In this document: in pieces, positions 1 through 9,893 of the stretch
Layout of the letters: each line of letters starts with the position of its first letter
Position numbering within the stretch: the first letter of the stretch is position 1
Origin: Gemmatimonadota bacterium
GTDB taxonomy: Bacteria; Gemmatimonadota; Gemmatimonadetes; Palauibacterales; Palauibacteraceae
Length of the DNA: 64,000 nt
Reading direction: 5' to 3'
NCBI GenBank assembly: GCA_039588275.1
Contig: JBDHAC010000002.1
Span: 32,001 to 96,000, forward strand
The notes under the pieces: model-generated
The model's input: only the letters and a program-made list of their open reading frames with translations
What the model was told of the DNA's origin: nothing
Databases searched by the model: none
Program-made: the position numbers and the translations under genes

Positions 1-841
1 CGTACTGGCGCGGACGCGGATCCCACGATCCCGGCTCCCCCCCTCCTCCCCCACGGGCCTCGGGAATGTCTTCGATCCGCGCCGCGGCCGGTCGCGTGTA
101 CTCGACTCCCCAATCGTACAGCTCACGGTTGTTCTCGAACTCCAGCGTGCAGAACGAATGCGTGATCCCCTCGATCGCGTCCGACAACCCGTGTGCCCAG
201 TCGTACATCGGGTAGATCGGCCACTCGTCTCCGGTCCGGTAGTGGTGCGCGTGACGGATCCGATACAGGAGTGGGTCGCGCATCTTCATGTTCGGTGAGG
301 CCATGTCGATCTTGGCACGCAGCACGTGCGCGCCGTCCTCGAACTCTCCGGCGCGCATGCGGCGGAAGAGGTCCAGGTTCTCATCGACCGATCGGTCGCG
401 GTATGAGCTGGGGGAGCCCGGCGCGGTCACGGTACCGCGGTGCCGGCGGATCTCCTCTTCCGTTTGGCTGTCGACGTACGCGTGGCCATCCTCCGTGAGG
501 GCGATGGCGAGCTGGTAAAGCGCCTCGAAGTAGTCGGACGCATAGCGGATCTCGCCCTCCCACTCGAACCCCAGCCAGCGGATGTCCTCGGCGATCGCCT
601 CGACGTAGAGGGGGTCCTCCGTGGTCGGATTCGTGTCGTCCATGCGGAGCGTGGTGGTCCCGCCGAACTCCTCCGCGACGCCGAAATCGAGGCAGATGGC
701 GGCAGCGTGCCCGATATGCAGGAAGCCGTTCGGTTCCGGCGGGAAGCGCGTGAGCACGCGTCCCGCGTGGAGCCCGGAGGCGACGTCGCGCGTGACGATC
801 TGGCGTATGAAGTCCTGTTTTCGCGTCGAGCTGGAGCTCAT
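1..841 (-). CDS. glnS: Glutamine--tRNA ligase (5' part; runs off the window start)
   Basis: Minus strand reads [16 protein letters not shown]...[15 protein letters not shown] (HIGH)...RMDDTNP...[26 protein letters not shown]; absent from the ORF track because it is truncated. Confidence 0.95.
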   Translation of the reverse strand, partial: MSSSSTRKQDFIRQIVTRDVASGLHAGRVLTRFPPEPNGFLHIGHAAAICLDFGVAEEFGGTTTLRMDDTNPTTEDPLYVEAIAEDIRWLGFEWEGEIRYASDYFEALYQLAIALTEDGHAYVDSQTEEEIRRHRGTVTAPGSPSSYRDRSVDENLDLFRRMRAGEFEDGAHVLRAKIDMASPNMKMRDPLLYRIRHAHHYRTGDEWPIYPMYDWAHGLSDAIEGITHSFCTLEFENNRELYDWGVEYTRPAAARIEDIPEARGGGGGEPGSWDPRPRQY

Positions 842-976
842 CGGTTCACGTGTCAGCCGGCCGGGGATCGAAAGCGCCCGCCGTGTACGGACGCGCAGCC
901 CCGTCGATGTCGAAAACCGACATCGACACCAACGTCGAACATAGCGCGCGAACTCGGATCACGCCGTCCACGGATG

Positions 977-1008
977 CAAAACGGTGCGGAGGGTCCCTCC
1001 GCACCGTT
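977..1008 (-). terminator. Intrinsic terminator after the GlsB-family gene
   Basis: Inverted repeat AACGGTGCGGAGGG-T-CCCTCCGCACCGTT followed by a T run on the minus strand. Confidence 0.7.
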
Positions 1009-1084
1009 CATCGAGGTATCGCTCGTGCGGGCGCTCGAGCAAGCCGCGCCCGCCACCTCTAAGCCGGCCGCGCTCCGCGGCCTG

Positions 1085-1336
1085 CTAGGTCGACTTCATC
1101 TTCCGGTAGGCCCACAGCAGGATCAGGGCACCACCGACCGCGATCAGGAAGCTCCCGATGTTGAATCCGGTGACCGTTCCGAGTCCGAGGAGCGAACCGA
1201 TGAAACCGCCGATCAAGGCGCCGGCGATGCCGATGAGCATGGTCACGAACACGCCGCCGGGGTCCTGGCCCGGCATGATCTTCTTGGCAACCGCTCCCGC
1301 GATCAGGCCAAAGAGGGCCCAGGAAAGGATACCCAT
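1085..1336 (-). CDS. GlsB/YeaQ/YmgE family (transglycosylase-associated) membrane protein
   Basis: MGILSWALFGLIAGAVAKKIMPGQDPGG...GIAGALIGG family signature; GGAGG RBS. Confidence 0.92.
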   Translation of the reverse strand: MGILSWALFGLIAGAVAKKIMPGQDPGGVFVTMLIGIAGALIGGFIGSLLGLGTVTGFNIGSFLIAVGGALILLWAYRKMKST

Positions 1337-1409
1337 GGCTTCGCCTCCCTATGCGTTGAACGTTATGAGGGCCGTTCTCACATAGTTACGGAGCCCGGGG
1401 CGTGCAAGA

Positions 1410-1481
1410 TTCGACCGATGGTTCGACCGCAGGTTCGACCGCATATTCGACCGCACAGTTGACCGCACAGTCGCAGCACGA
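1410..1481. repeat. Degenerate 12-bp tandem repeat (consensus TTCGACCGCANR), 5-6 copies
   Basis: TTCGACCGATGG/TTCGACCGCAGG/TTCGACCGCATA/TTCGACCGCACA/GTTGACCGCACA/GTCGCAGCACGA. Confidence 0.85.
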
Positions 1482-2630
1482 ATGACCGTAAGCGTCTTCC
1501 GCCGTTACCTGTTGCCCGGGTTCGTGTTTCAGTCCGTCGTCATCGCGGGTGGGTACGGCACCGGGCGGGAGATCGTCGAGTTCTTCCTCACGCTCGGCCC
1601 GATCCGCGGACTCCTCGCGATGGTTCTCGTCACGATGACGGTTTGGAGCCTGGTTGCCGCAGTCAGTTACGAGCTCGCGCGCAGGTTTCAGACGTACGAG
1701 TACCGGAGCTTCTTCCGCCGGCTCCTGGGGCGGGGCTGGATCAGCTTCGAGCTCAGCTACGCGGCGTTGTTGCTGCTCGTGCTGGCTGTGATCGGCGCCG
1801 CGGCGGGCTCCATCGTCGAGGAGACGTTCGGCCTCCCGTACTCGATCGGGGTGATCGGAGTCCTGCTCGCGGTGGGCGCTCTCGTGTTCTTCGGGAGCGC
1901 GGCGATCGAGCGCGTGATGTCAGGCTGGTCGGTGGTCCTGTACATCGTCTACGCGATCCTGATGGTGTGGAGCTTCCGCCGGTTCGGCCCGCAGATCGGC
2001 GAGGCATTCGCGATCCGTCCTGACGTCTGGGCGACGCGTGAGTGGGTGATCGGCGGCGTTCGGTACGCCGCCTACAACCTGGCCCTGGTCCCCGTGGTCC
2101 TCTTCGCGGTGCGCCACATCCGCACGCGCCGCGAGGCCCTCTCGGCCGGTCTGTTGACCGGCATCATCGGAATCGTGCCCGCCGTCCTGTTCTACACGGC
2201 CATGGCCGGACACTATCCGGAGATCCTCGTCCGGCCGATCCCCGCCAATCACCTCCTGGAGCAATTGGGCTCCCGTCCGTTTCAGCTGGCCTTCCAACTC
2301 GTCCTGTTCGGTACGTTGATCGAGACGGGAACGGGGATGATCCATGCCGTGAACGAGCGGTTGGCGGGGGCGTTCGGCGAGCGCGGCCTCGCCTTGCCAC
2401 GGCTCGTGCGACCGGCGACTGCGCTGATCCTGTTGGGGTGCGCGTTGCTCCTGACCCGCTTCGGGCTCGTGGACCTGATCGCGAAGGGCTACGGCACTCT
2501 GACGTGGTTCTTCCTCGCGATCTACGTGATCCCGGTGCTCACGATCGGGATCTGGAAGCTCGCGCGTGTCCCGGATTGGGCGGCTTCCTTCGATGCGCCC
2601 TACGACGGCGGGGCGGACGAGCCTTCCTAG
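1482..2630 (+). CDS. YkvI-like multi-pass membrane protein (putative amino-acid transporter)
   Basis: N-terminal SVVIAGGYGTGREIVEFF motif, about 10 hydrophobic segments. Confidence 0.8.
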   Translation: MTVSVFRRYLLPGFVFQSVVIAGGYGTGREIVEFFLTLGPIRGLLAMVLVTMTVWSLVAAVSYELARRFQTYEYRSFFRRLLGRGWISFELSYAALLLLVLAVIGAAAGSIVEETFGLPYSIGVIGVLLAVGALVFFGSAAIERVMSGWSVVLYIVYAILMVWSFRRFGPQIGEAFAIRPDVWATREWVIGGVRYAAYNLALVPVVLFAVRHIRTRREALSAGLLTGIIGIVPAVLFYTAMAGHYPEILVRPIPANHLLEQLGSRPFQLAFQLVLFGTLIETGTGMIHAVNERLAGAFGERGLALPRLVRPATALILLGCALLLTRFGLVDLIAKGYGTLTWFFLAIYVIPVLTIGIWKLARVPDWAASFDAPYDGGADEPS

Positions 2631-2651
2631 CTCGAGTCGGCCGGGCCGACC

Positions 2652-2990
2652 CTATCCCACCTCGCCGATCACCAGGTACGAGATCTCCCGGATGAAGGCC
2701 GGCCCCTCCGAGTCCCACTCGATGACCAGCGAGTCCTGGTCGATTTGGTCGTCGATGTTGAGCGCTCGGTCGGTTTTCACGATCCCGGCGTCCGCGACGA
2801 TCGAGAGCTGTCGGATCGCTACGTGCTTGCAGGGCGCGCCGACGTACGGGCCCGAGGCGCCGCTCGCCTCCATCTCCGCCACGCGAACGGGCTCATCGGC
2901 TTCCGCCTCGTGCGGGTCGAACCGGATCGTGACGCTCCCTCGACGCACGTCGCGTGTGAAGACCACACCGCTCAGGGCTCGGATCGCCAT
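2652..2990 (-). CDS. Hypothetical protein (112 aa)
   Basis: ATG with GGAGG RBS just after the upstream stop; globular composition MAIRALSGVVF...EISYLVIGEVG. Confidence 0.7.
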   Translation of the reverse strand: MAIRALSGVVFTRDVRRGSVTIRFDPHEAEADEPVRVAEMEASGASGPYVGAPCKHVAIRQLSIVADAGIVKTDRALNIDDQIDQDSLVIEWDSEGPAFIREISYLVIGEVG

Positions 2991-2992
2991 CG

Positions 2993-3430
2993 CTAACCTC
3001 CGTCGTCGTTCGCGTCGCCGCGCATGAGCGCCGCGATTCGTTCCTGGTTGCGATAGAAGCTGATCACGAGCATGGATCCCGACAAGACGACGTTGAACAG
3101 CTGCGCGGGCCCGAACGGCACTGAGACATCCGCGCCTTCGGCGACGAGCGCCGGTAAGGTGAAGATCGGCAGGAGCACCGAGAGGACCAGCAGCAGCAGG
3201 TTCACGGAGCTCTCCGCAAGCCCGATGAACGGGGTCAGGTGCGGGCGCCAGCGCGCCAGGAGCCCGCACCCCATCGCGAAGGCGTAGTACACGAGACGCC
3301 AGCCCGGATCGGGGAGAGCAGCCGCTCGTATGGGGGCGTGAAGCGCGACGTCCAGCACCCAGAAGATAGGCGTACCCAGGTAGTACGCCTGGATGAGGGC
3401 ATCGCGCGTGCTGCCGGCCCCCCGCTTCAC
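2993..3430 (-). CDS. Hypothetical membrane protein
   Basis: Four hydrophobic segments; GTGA overlap with the mscS stop. Confidence 0.7.
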   Translation of the reverse strand: MKRGAGSTRDALIQAYYLGTPIFWVLDVALHAPIRAAALPDPGWRLVYYAFAMGCGLLARWRPHLTPFIGLAESSVNLLLLVLSVLLPIFTLPALVAEGADVSVPFGPAQLFNVVLSGSMLVISFYRNQERIAALMRGDANDDGG

Positions 3431-4260
3431 GCCACGTCGGAGCTGGAGAACAGGTGCACATCGTGCTGCGGGAACGGAATCGAGCAGCCGGCTGCATCCA
3501 GCGCCTCCTTCACGCGGCGCGTTGCCTCCCAGCGCACGTCCCAGTAGTCGTCCGCGTTACACCAGGGTCGCGCCACGAAGTTCACCGAGGAGTCCGCGAG
3601 CTCGTGCACGGCAACCACCGGTGCGGGCTCGGCGAGCACGCCGGGGGACTCGGTCAGCGTGCGTTCGATCGTGGTACGGGCGAGCGCTAGATCGTCATCG
3701 TAGGCGACCCCGATCACCAGGTCGATCCTTCGGGTGTCGTTTCCATCGTAGTTCTTGATGATCTGGCCGAAGACCTCGGCGTTGGGCACGACGACGCGAA
3801 CGTTGTCGACCGTGCTCAGGATCGTCGAAAAGATGCCGATCTCTTCGACTTTCCCGGCCACGCCGGCCACTTCCACCAGGTTGCCGAGCTTGAAGGGCCG
3901 AAAGATCAACAGCATCACGCCGGCGGCGAAGTTGGACAGCGTGCCCTGCAACGCCAGCCCCACGGCAAGCCCCGCGGCGCCCAGCACCGCCACGAACGAC
4001 GCCGTCGGGATCCCGAACAGACCGAGGACGGCGACCAGCACCAGAATGATCGCCAGCCAGTACGTGATACCAGAGAGGAACGGGAGGAGCGCCGCGTCGG
4101 CCTCCTGCCGGGCGAGGACCCGGCTCACCCCCTTTCGGAGCGCCCTGGCGATCGCGCGTCCGATCACGAGAACTGCCAGCGCGCCGATGACGCGCAAACC
4201 CCACGTTGTGACCAGCCCACCGATTTGCTCGAGTATCGAGCTGATGTCGATCGAATCCAT
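3427..4260 (-). CDS. mscS: Small-conductance mechanosensitive channel
   Basis: LGAAGLAVGLALQGTLSNFAAGV, RPFKLG, IPFPQ motifs. Confidence 0.95.
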   Translation of the reverse strand: MDSIDISSILEQIGGLVTTWGLRVIGALAVLVIGRAIARALRKGVSRVLARQEADAALLPFLSGITYWLAIILVLVAVLGLFGIPTASFVAVLGAAGLAVGLALQGTLSNFAAGVMLLIFRPFKLGNLVEVAGVAGKVEEIGIFSTILSTVDNVRVVVPNAEVFGQIIKNYDGNDTRRIDLVIGVAYDDDLALARTTIERTLTESPGVLAEPAPVVAVHELADSSVNFVARPWCNADDYWDVRWEATRRVKEALDAAGCSIPFPQHDVHLFSSSDVA

Positions 4261-4429
4261 GTACCCCCCGTTCCGAGCCGGCCTGCGCCGTATGGGACCT
4301 CCTGCTGTCGGGGCCGTGCTATCCGGACCCGGCGGCGTGCGGGGGAAGTCTACTCGGTCGAAGGAGGCGCGGGCAAAAGACCCATGTCGAGGCGTGGTTT
4401 CAGGGGTGGGCGGGAACGGGCGGGGTGCT

Positions 4430-4470
4430 AAAAGACGACGGGCCGACGCTCTCCAGAGGGCCGGCCCGTC
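4430..4470 (-). terminator. Intrinsic terminator after the small ORF 4510-4698
   Basis: GACGGGCCG...CGGCCCGTC stem followed by GTCTTTT on the minus strand. Confidence 0.6.
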
Positions 4471-4509
4471 AGGCCAAACAGGGCGGTTCCGACCGCCGGC
4501 GGCGGACCG

Positions 4510-4698
4510 CTAACATTGGTCGGGTACCTGGGGCGTCGCCATCACCTCGGCTGCCGGTACCGTGAGCCCTACCTCGTCGGCTCCGAGCTGTGCCACTACA
4601 TCGGCGTGCGTTCCGAGAATCACGAACGAAGCCAACAACAGCCAAAGCAACGACGCCGCGATCGCCAGTCTACTCTGTTTCTCCGACATCTCCCACAT
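4510..4698 (-). CDS. Small hypothetical exported/membrane protein
   Basis: N-terminal hydrophobic stretch, GAGG RBS, own terminator downstream. Confidence 0.55.
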   Translation of the reverse strand: MWEMSEKQSRLAIAASLLWLLLASFVILGTHADVVAQLGADEVGLTVPAAEVMATPQVPDQC

Positions 4699-4974
4699 CC
4701 TCGTCTATCAAGAACGGCGCCGAGTGCCCGGGCCGATCGGTTGTTTCTTCGCCTTTAAGAACGAATCTGGCGTCCTGAAAGTTTCGCTACCTCCGTCTCT
4801 CGATATGTATAGATGCATCGTATGTCCGCAGGGTTGCTCGGCAGCGACGGATCGAGTCGCGCGTCGGTGGCGCTCATCGCTCGGAAGGGTTACCTGTAGC
4901 GGCGATTCGCCCCCGTTCAGACTGGCTCGCGCCGGTCGGCCAGGACGACATCGTCACCTCCGCCCGGAGTCCGT

Positions 4975-5739
4975 ATGGCCCAGGTTTGGCCGGAACTCAC
5001 GCTGCTTTTTGCGGTCGGGACGGTCGCGGGAGCGCTGAACGTGATCGCGGGCGGCGGATCGCTCCTCGCTCTGCCCGTGATGATCTTCCTCGGGCTCACG
5101 CCGACGGTGGCCAACGGCACGAATCGGGTCGCCATCCTGATCCAGAACATCGCCGCTGTTTGGCGTTTCCACCGGCACCGGATCATCGATTGGCGGTGGC
5201 TCGGGTTGGCGGCGGTTCCGGCCATTCTCGGAGCCGCTCTGGGCACTTGGGCCGCCGTGGAGATCGGTGACGCCGCGTTCCGGCGTGTGCTGGCGGGGAT
5301 CATGATCGCGGTGGCGCTGTGGACGTTATGGGATCCGCTACGCCGGAGACCCGTCGGCGACTCGCTCGACGCTGTCGAGTCGCGACGCGGCCGGCTGGGC
5401 CTCGGCGCCGCGTTTTTCGCCGTAGGGGTCTATGGAGGCTTCGTGCAGGCGGGGATCGGCTTTCTGATCCTCGCCGTGGTCACGCTCGCCGGCATGAACC
5501 TTGTGCGCGGCAACGCCCTCAAGGTGTTGCTGGTGCTCGCTTACACACCCATCGCCCTGGCGTTGTTCGCGGCGAGCGGCAAGGTGGATTGGGGGATGGG
5601 CGTCGCCCTCGGCGCCGGGAATTTCCTCGGTGCCTTCATCGGCGTGCGTTTGACCGTGCTGAAGGGTCACGCCTGGATCAAGCGCGTGGTGACGCTGACC
5701 GTGATCGCGTTCGCTATCCGGCTTTGGTTCTGGGACTAA
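4975..5739 (+). CDS. Sulfite exporter TauE/SafE family protein
   Basis: AGGGSLLALP, ANGTNR, YGGFVQAGIG motifs; about 8 TM. Confidence 0.92.
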   Translation: MAQVWPELTLLFAVGTVAGALNVIAGGGSLLALPVMIFLGLTPTVANGTNRVAILIQNIAAVWRFHRHRIIDWRWLGLAAVPAILGAALGTWAAVEIGDAAFRRVLAGIMIAVALWTLWDPLRRRPVGDSLDAVESRRGRLGLGAAFFAVGVYGGFVQAGIGFLILAVVTLAGMNLVRGNALKVLLVLAYTPIALALFAASGKVDWGMGVALGAGNFLGAFIGVRLTVLKGHAWIKRVVTLTVIAFAIRLWFWD

Positions 5740-6812
5740 CGACTCGAGGTCTCGACCGCCTCCACCCCCGCCGTGATCAACTCCCACTGAAGCGTCATCT
5801 GGTCCTTCACCGGCATAGGGCGGGCGCCTGCCGTCGCAGCCTCCTCGCGAACGCCTTGGGCCGACTCGCCACTCGCCAACGCCTCTCTCCAGCTCTCTAT
5901 CATCGTTCTCCATCGCTCCGCCGCCGGATCGGGCGGCCCTAGACGCTCTCCCACACCGGGGATCAGGAACAGGGGCATCTCGGATACCAGTGTCAGGGCA
6001 TCCCCCCCGAGCGCGCCGGCGAGCGAGCGAACGGTCTCCATCGAGCTGGGGCGAAACAGCCGTGCCGTCTCCAGGTCGCCACGCTCCTCGAAGTACGCCC
6101 GCATGGCGCCCGAGTCGGGGCGCGTGCAGAAGCCGCGCTCGATCCGCTCGAAGCCCTTCTCCCCCAGCCGCTCTACATCGTGCAACCGGTAGCCGAGCGC
6201 GCGGGTTCGGTCGCGACACCGCGCCATGAGCGCCGTACAGCGGGACACCCAGGCGCGATCCAGGAGGAACCACGGTCCCGCCGCGACCGCCATCCCGTGC
6301 AGCGACACGTGCAGCGAGAACGGACCCGCGGCCGTGGACCACCAGTCGTAGACGCACCGATTCTCGGGACGGGCACCGGCATCGCGCGCGTCTCGTGGGA
6401 ACCCGAACTCGATATCGTCTCCCGGCAGCTCGCGCACAGCCGCCCTCAAGTAGGAGGCGAGATCGTACGACTCGGGCTCCGCCGTTTGCCAGGCACGATT
6501 GCGCGCCTCGCCGTCCGGGTTGATGTGCGGAACGATCCACCATTCCAAATCGGCGACCAGCGGATCCTCGGGGTCGAGCGACGCCAGGTACGCGACGAGT
6601 TGTCGAAGAAGGCGCGGGCCTACGGGCTCATCCGCGTGACAACCCGCCAGGAGGCTGACCCGCGGTGCACCGCGACCGGCCTGCCCGAATCCGTAAGCGT
6701 GGACCGGGCGTCCCTCGCGCGAGCGACCGAGCACGATCGCCGCGTCGTCCCCACCGGCACCTGCCCCGAGGATGGCGGCCAGACGGGCCTCGAGCTCCGT
6801 GTGGAGGGTCAT
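5736..6812 (-). CDS. M14 family zinc carboxypeptidase
   Basis: AGCHADE (HxxE), PHINPDG, SLHG motifs; GRSREGRP. Confidence 0.85.
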   Translation of the reverse strand: MTLHTELEARLAAILGAGAGGDDAAIVLGRSREGRPVHAYGFGQAGRGAPRVSLLAGCHADEPVGPRLLRQLVAYLASLDPEDPLVADLEWWIVPHINPDGEARNRAWQTAEPESYDLASYLRAAVRELPGDDIEFGFPRDARDAGARPENRCVYDWWSTAAGPFSLHVSLHGMAVAAGPWFLLDRAWVSRCTALMARCRDRTRALGYRLHDVERLGEKGFERIERGFCTRPDSGAMRAYFEERGDLETARLFRPSSMETVRSLAGALGGDALTLVSEMPLFLIPGVGERLGPPDPAAERWRTMIESWREALASGESAQGVREEAATAGARPMPVKDQMTLQWELITAGVEAVETSSR

Positions 6813-7633
6813 GTCCCGACTCCACGGCCCGCGTCAGCGGCGTCGCCATCGGTGGGGCCGAGCCGCTCCGCCGCCGTGAGTCTTGCCAGATAGCCGCCGG
6901 CTTCACCCTCGAAGACGACGTCGCAGCTCCAGCCCGCGCGTTCCGCATGCGCGGCGAGCGTACCCATGTCCACGTACAGCTCGCGAAACGGGGCGCCCCG
7001 GTGTCTGCGGTATTCGAGCTCGATCCACGCCTCACCCCGGTATCCCGCGTCCGTCGGGGGCCAGCGCGCTGCGGCGCGTGGGTCGACCTCGCCGACGACG
7101 ATCGCTTCTCCCGAGTCCACGAGGAGTTGCCCGCCCGAGGCTACCAGACGGTGCGCGTGGGTGAGGAATCCGTCGAGGCCGAAGAGGGTCCCGACGGGCC
7201 CGATCCCGTTCATCAGCATGAGTACGGTGTCGAAGCGATCACCCGCCCATGTCTTGAAATTGGCCCGCAATCGTCGTCGGACGCCGAGGGCGCGCTGGAT
7301 CTCGGTCAACTTCGGCAGGATCTCCAGCGCCGTCACGTCGATTCCGCGCGCCTGCAGCTCGAGTGAGTGGATGCCGGTCCCCGCGCCGACGTCCAGCGTC
7401 CGGCCGCGGCATAGCTCGAGCGCGTACGTCTCGAACGGAAAGAAGTCCGCCGGCTGGCGGAAGAACAGAGCGGCGGGCAGCTCGTCCACCTCGCCGAGAC
7501 TGCTGCGCAGGGTGAGCGTCGCCGCCTCGATTCCCGCGTGGTAGTCGGTCAGCGCGCGCGCGTACGGGTGGAGCGCGGCGAGCCGATCGGCATCACCGAG
7601 GTCATCTGTACCGGAATCGTTCGTCGTACGCAC
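6809..7633 (-). CDS. Class I SAM-dependent methyltransferase
   Basis: LDVGAGTG motif I; FDTVLMLMNGIG. Confidence 0.9.
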   Translation of the reverse strand: MRTTNDSGTDDLGDADRLAALHPYARALTDYHAGIEAATLTLRSSLGEVDELPAALFFRQPADFFPFETYALELCRGRTLDVGAGTGIHSLELQARGIDVTALEILPKLTEIQRALGVRRRLRANFKTWAGDRFDTVLMLMNGIGPVGTLFGLDGFLTHAHRLVASGGQLLVDSGEAIVVGEVDPRAAARWPPTDAGYRGEAWIELEYRRHRGAPFRELYVDMGTLAAHAERAGWSCDVVFEGEAGGYLARLTAAERLGPTDGDAADAGRGVGT

Positions 7634-7739
7634 GCCGAACGATACGGGGCCGTCGCGGACGACCGACAGCCTCTTGCGCTCCGCCGCGGCGCGGGTCTGT
7701 TTGAATCTCGTCGGCTCCGCAGACGACCTGGAGGTGAAG

Positions 7740-8219
7740 GTGGATCGACGCGACTACGTCATGCGGCTCATCGAGCAGGTGGGGCAGATGCTCCTGGCAC
7801 TGCGTCGTCGAATCCTCGCGCGTGAAGTGACTACCTCCGAGACTCGGGAGGAACTGCGGGCAGCGGCGCGGGCCGGCGGACTCGACTACGATCTCGCGCG
7901 AGCGATGACCCCGGACACGCTCCTGCTCATGGTCGCACCGGGTGGCGAGGTCGATCCCGGCCGTTGTTGGTTGCTGGCCGAGATGTTCTACCTCGAGGGC
8001 GTCGAGGCGGAGCTCGTCGGGCAGGTGGGCGAGGCCCGCGACAGCCTGGAGAGGGCCGCATTCCTGTTCGGTATGCTCCAGCCGATCGCGGGCAACCTGG
8101 TGGGGCTACCGGAGTCTGCACCGCGGATCGAGGAGATCGAACGGCGGTTGACCGGCCTGCCGCCGGGACACCGTCGCATGGTTGCCGCCGGCGCACGCCT
8201 AGCCGCGGGCGCGCGCTAG
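7740..8219 (+). CDS. DUF6483-like hypothetical protein
   Basis: RRDYVMRLIEQVGQML N-terminal motif; GTG start after GGAGG. Confidence 0.7.
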   Translation: MDRRDYVMRLIEQVGQMLLALRRRILAREVTTSETREELRAAARAGGLDYDLARAMTPDTLLLMVAPGGEVDPGRCWLLAEMFYLEGVEAELVGQVGEARDSLERAAFLFGMLQPIAGNLVGLPESAPRIEEIERRLTGLPPGHRRMVAAGARLAAGAR

Positions 8220-8266
8220 TCGCGGGCGCAAGCTAGCCCCGGGCGCAGGCCAGCCGCCGACGCCCG
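8182..8266. repeat. Degenerate 17-bp tandem repeat spanning the stop codon
   Basis: CTAGCCGCGGGCGCGCG / CTAGTCGCGGGCGCAAG / CTAGCCCCGGGCGCAGG plus degenerate flanking copies. Confidence 0.7.
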
Positions 8267-8343
8267 GAGGGCGGGCGCCGGCGTTTGACCCGGACGTGAT
8301 CGCTCGGGTGTCGTGTTGTCCGGCTAACGCGGGACCTCTCGAG

Positions 8344-9456
8344 CTACAGCACCACCCCCAGGAGGATGATGGCGCCGGCCGGGGCCAACAGCTCGCCGAA
8401 GAACTCGAACAGGCCCTCCATCACCTCGAGAATGTGACCGAGCACCTGTTGCTCGTCCGCACTCAGCGGCTCGCCCCCCGCACCCAGGATCTCAGGATTC
8501 ACCGGGTCACCGGTGGCCGTAGCGAACAACTCGCCGTTAACGCGAAACTCGGCTGCGATCTCCTCATCGCTCCCGGTGACGTCGATCTGGATCGATTCCT
8601 CGCCGTGACGCACGAAGACCTGGATCTCGCCCGAGTCGCTTCCGTCCGTCTCCATCCCGGAGACCGAGACATCGACCTCGAAGCCGCGCGAGGCAATCTC
8701 GACGTGGACATCCAGGTCGAAGGTCTGCTCGGTACCGCTGGCGCCCACGATGTCGAGCTCGAAGTCGAGCCGATGCTCGGCATCGCGGACATACCCGTCA
8801 ACATCGATGGCCCCGGATGTGTCATTGCCCTCCAGGCTGACCGAGTACTCGAGGAAGGTCTCACCGTCCGACACCACGGTCAGCCGCAGAGCTATCCCGG
8901 ACGTCGAGTCACCTTCGTCGACCAGGTCCGCGTGCCCGATCTCATCCTCGAGCAGCGGCTCGCCGGTGACCGGGTTCACACCGTAGAGGATGAAGCGAAC
9001 GCCGTTCGCCGGCGCATCGGTCCGAGCCGGGTCGGGCGTGTACTCGCCCGTCGCCGGGTCGATCACGAACGTGGTGCCGCGCGCCCCCGGCGAGATCACC
9101 GGAATGCTGCTGACGGCCACCGCGAGGCGCCGCGCGGCCGTGACCGTTACGTCACTTCCCAAGGCGGCCCCCAACCCGGCAGGTTCGGTGGCGACCGGAG
9201 CGGGCGCCACCGCGGCACTGGCGCTCGCGAGGTCGAAGCGAACGCCGAGCGCCTCGAAGCTTCGCCACGCCGGGGTCTGGAAGACGGCTTCCAGGGCGTC
9301 GAGGTTCGCGTCCACCGTCGCGGCATCGAACTCGCCTCCGCTTCCCGGCCCGGTCGGGTCGTCCGAGCACCCGCCCGCTACGGCCGTCGCGAGCGCGAGC
9401 AGCGCGCTGCGCGCCGCGGAGGCTCCCCGGTTGGTACGGCTGTCCCACCTCATCAT
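8344..9456 (-). CDS. Hypothetical lipoprotein
   Basis: Signal peptide ending AVAGGC then SDDPTGP; acidic, beta-rich body; ATGA-coupled to the upstream gene. Confidence 0.8.
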   Translation of the reverse strand: MMRWDSRTNRGASAARSALLALATAVAGGCSDDPTGPGSGGEFDAATVDANLDALEAVFQTPAWRSFEALGVRFDLASASAAVAPAPVATEPAGLGAALGSDVTVTAARRLAVAVSSIPVISPGARGTTFVIDPATGEYTPDPARTDAPANGVRFILYGVNPVTGEPLLEDEIGHADLVDEGDSTSGIALRLTVVSDGETFLEYSVSLEGNDTSGAIDVDGYVRDAEHRLDFELDIVGASGTEQTFDLDVHVEIASRGFEVDVSVSGMETDGSDSGEIQVFVRHGEESIQIDVTGSDEEIAAEFRVNGELFATATGDPVNPEILGAGGEPLSADEQQVLGHILEVMEGLFEFFGELLAPAGAIILLGVVL

Positions 9457-9893
9457 CCGTCTCCTCTCAACGAACGAAGCCGGTCCTGTTGCTCCGGCGT
9501 CAGGATGTTCTTGATCGTGATCAGGAGCGCGAGCTGAGCCCGTTTGATCATGCGCTCCGTGGTGAGAACCCGGTCCACCTGCTCCAGTGCGGCAGCCTCA
9601 TCCACCCGTGGTCGGTCCAGCAACTCGACGAGCGTCTGCGAGGCCTCCAGCATATCCCATTCGAGATCCACGACGTTGCGCTGCAGCTCGCGGATCGATT
9701 CCGATATCCTCGTCCACTGTTCACGCGTCAGGTCGATCGTCTGCCGGTGCTGCATCACCAGCTCGGGCGCGAACAAGGTTCGGGCGACCTGATCTTCCCC
9801 CTGCGATTCCACCTGCGATTCTTGGGCCACGGCGGGCGTGACGAAGAGCACCGTCACCAACAACCCGAACAACCACTTGCGTTTATGGGTCAT
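9453..9893 (-). CDS. Spy/CpxP-like periplasmic heavy-metal-sensor family protein
   Basis: Signal peptide, LFAPELVM...IDLTREQ and C-terminal ILTPEQQ (LTxxQ) motifs. Confidence 0.85.
   Translation of the reverse strand: MTHKRKWLFGLLVTVLFVTPAVAQESQVESQGEDQVARTLFAPELVMQHRQTIDLTREQWTRISESIRELQRNVVDLEWDMLEASQTLVELLDRPRVDEAAALEQVDRVLTTERMIKRAQLALLITIKNILTPEQQDRLRSLRGDG

Noticed and set aside
903..927. Perfect 10-bp hairpin GTCGATGTCG-AAAAC-CGACATCGAC upstream of glnS, considered as a T-box or attenuator
   Set aside because: No T-box consensus or specifier stem and no U-tract; a lone hairpin supports no functional call
1410..1481. Repeat array considered as a mini-CRISPR
   Set aside because: Units are 12 bp, directly abutting, with no spacers and no cas genes
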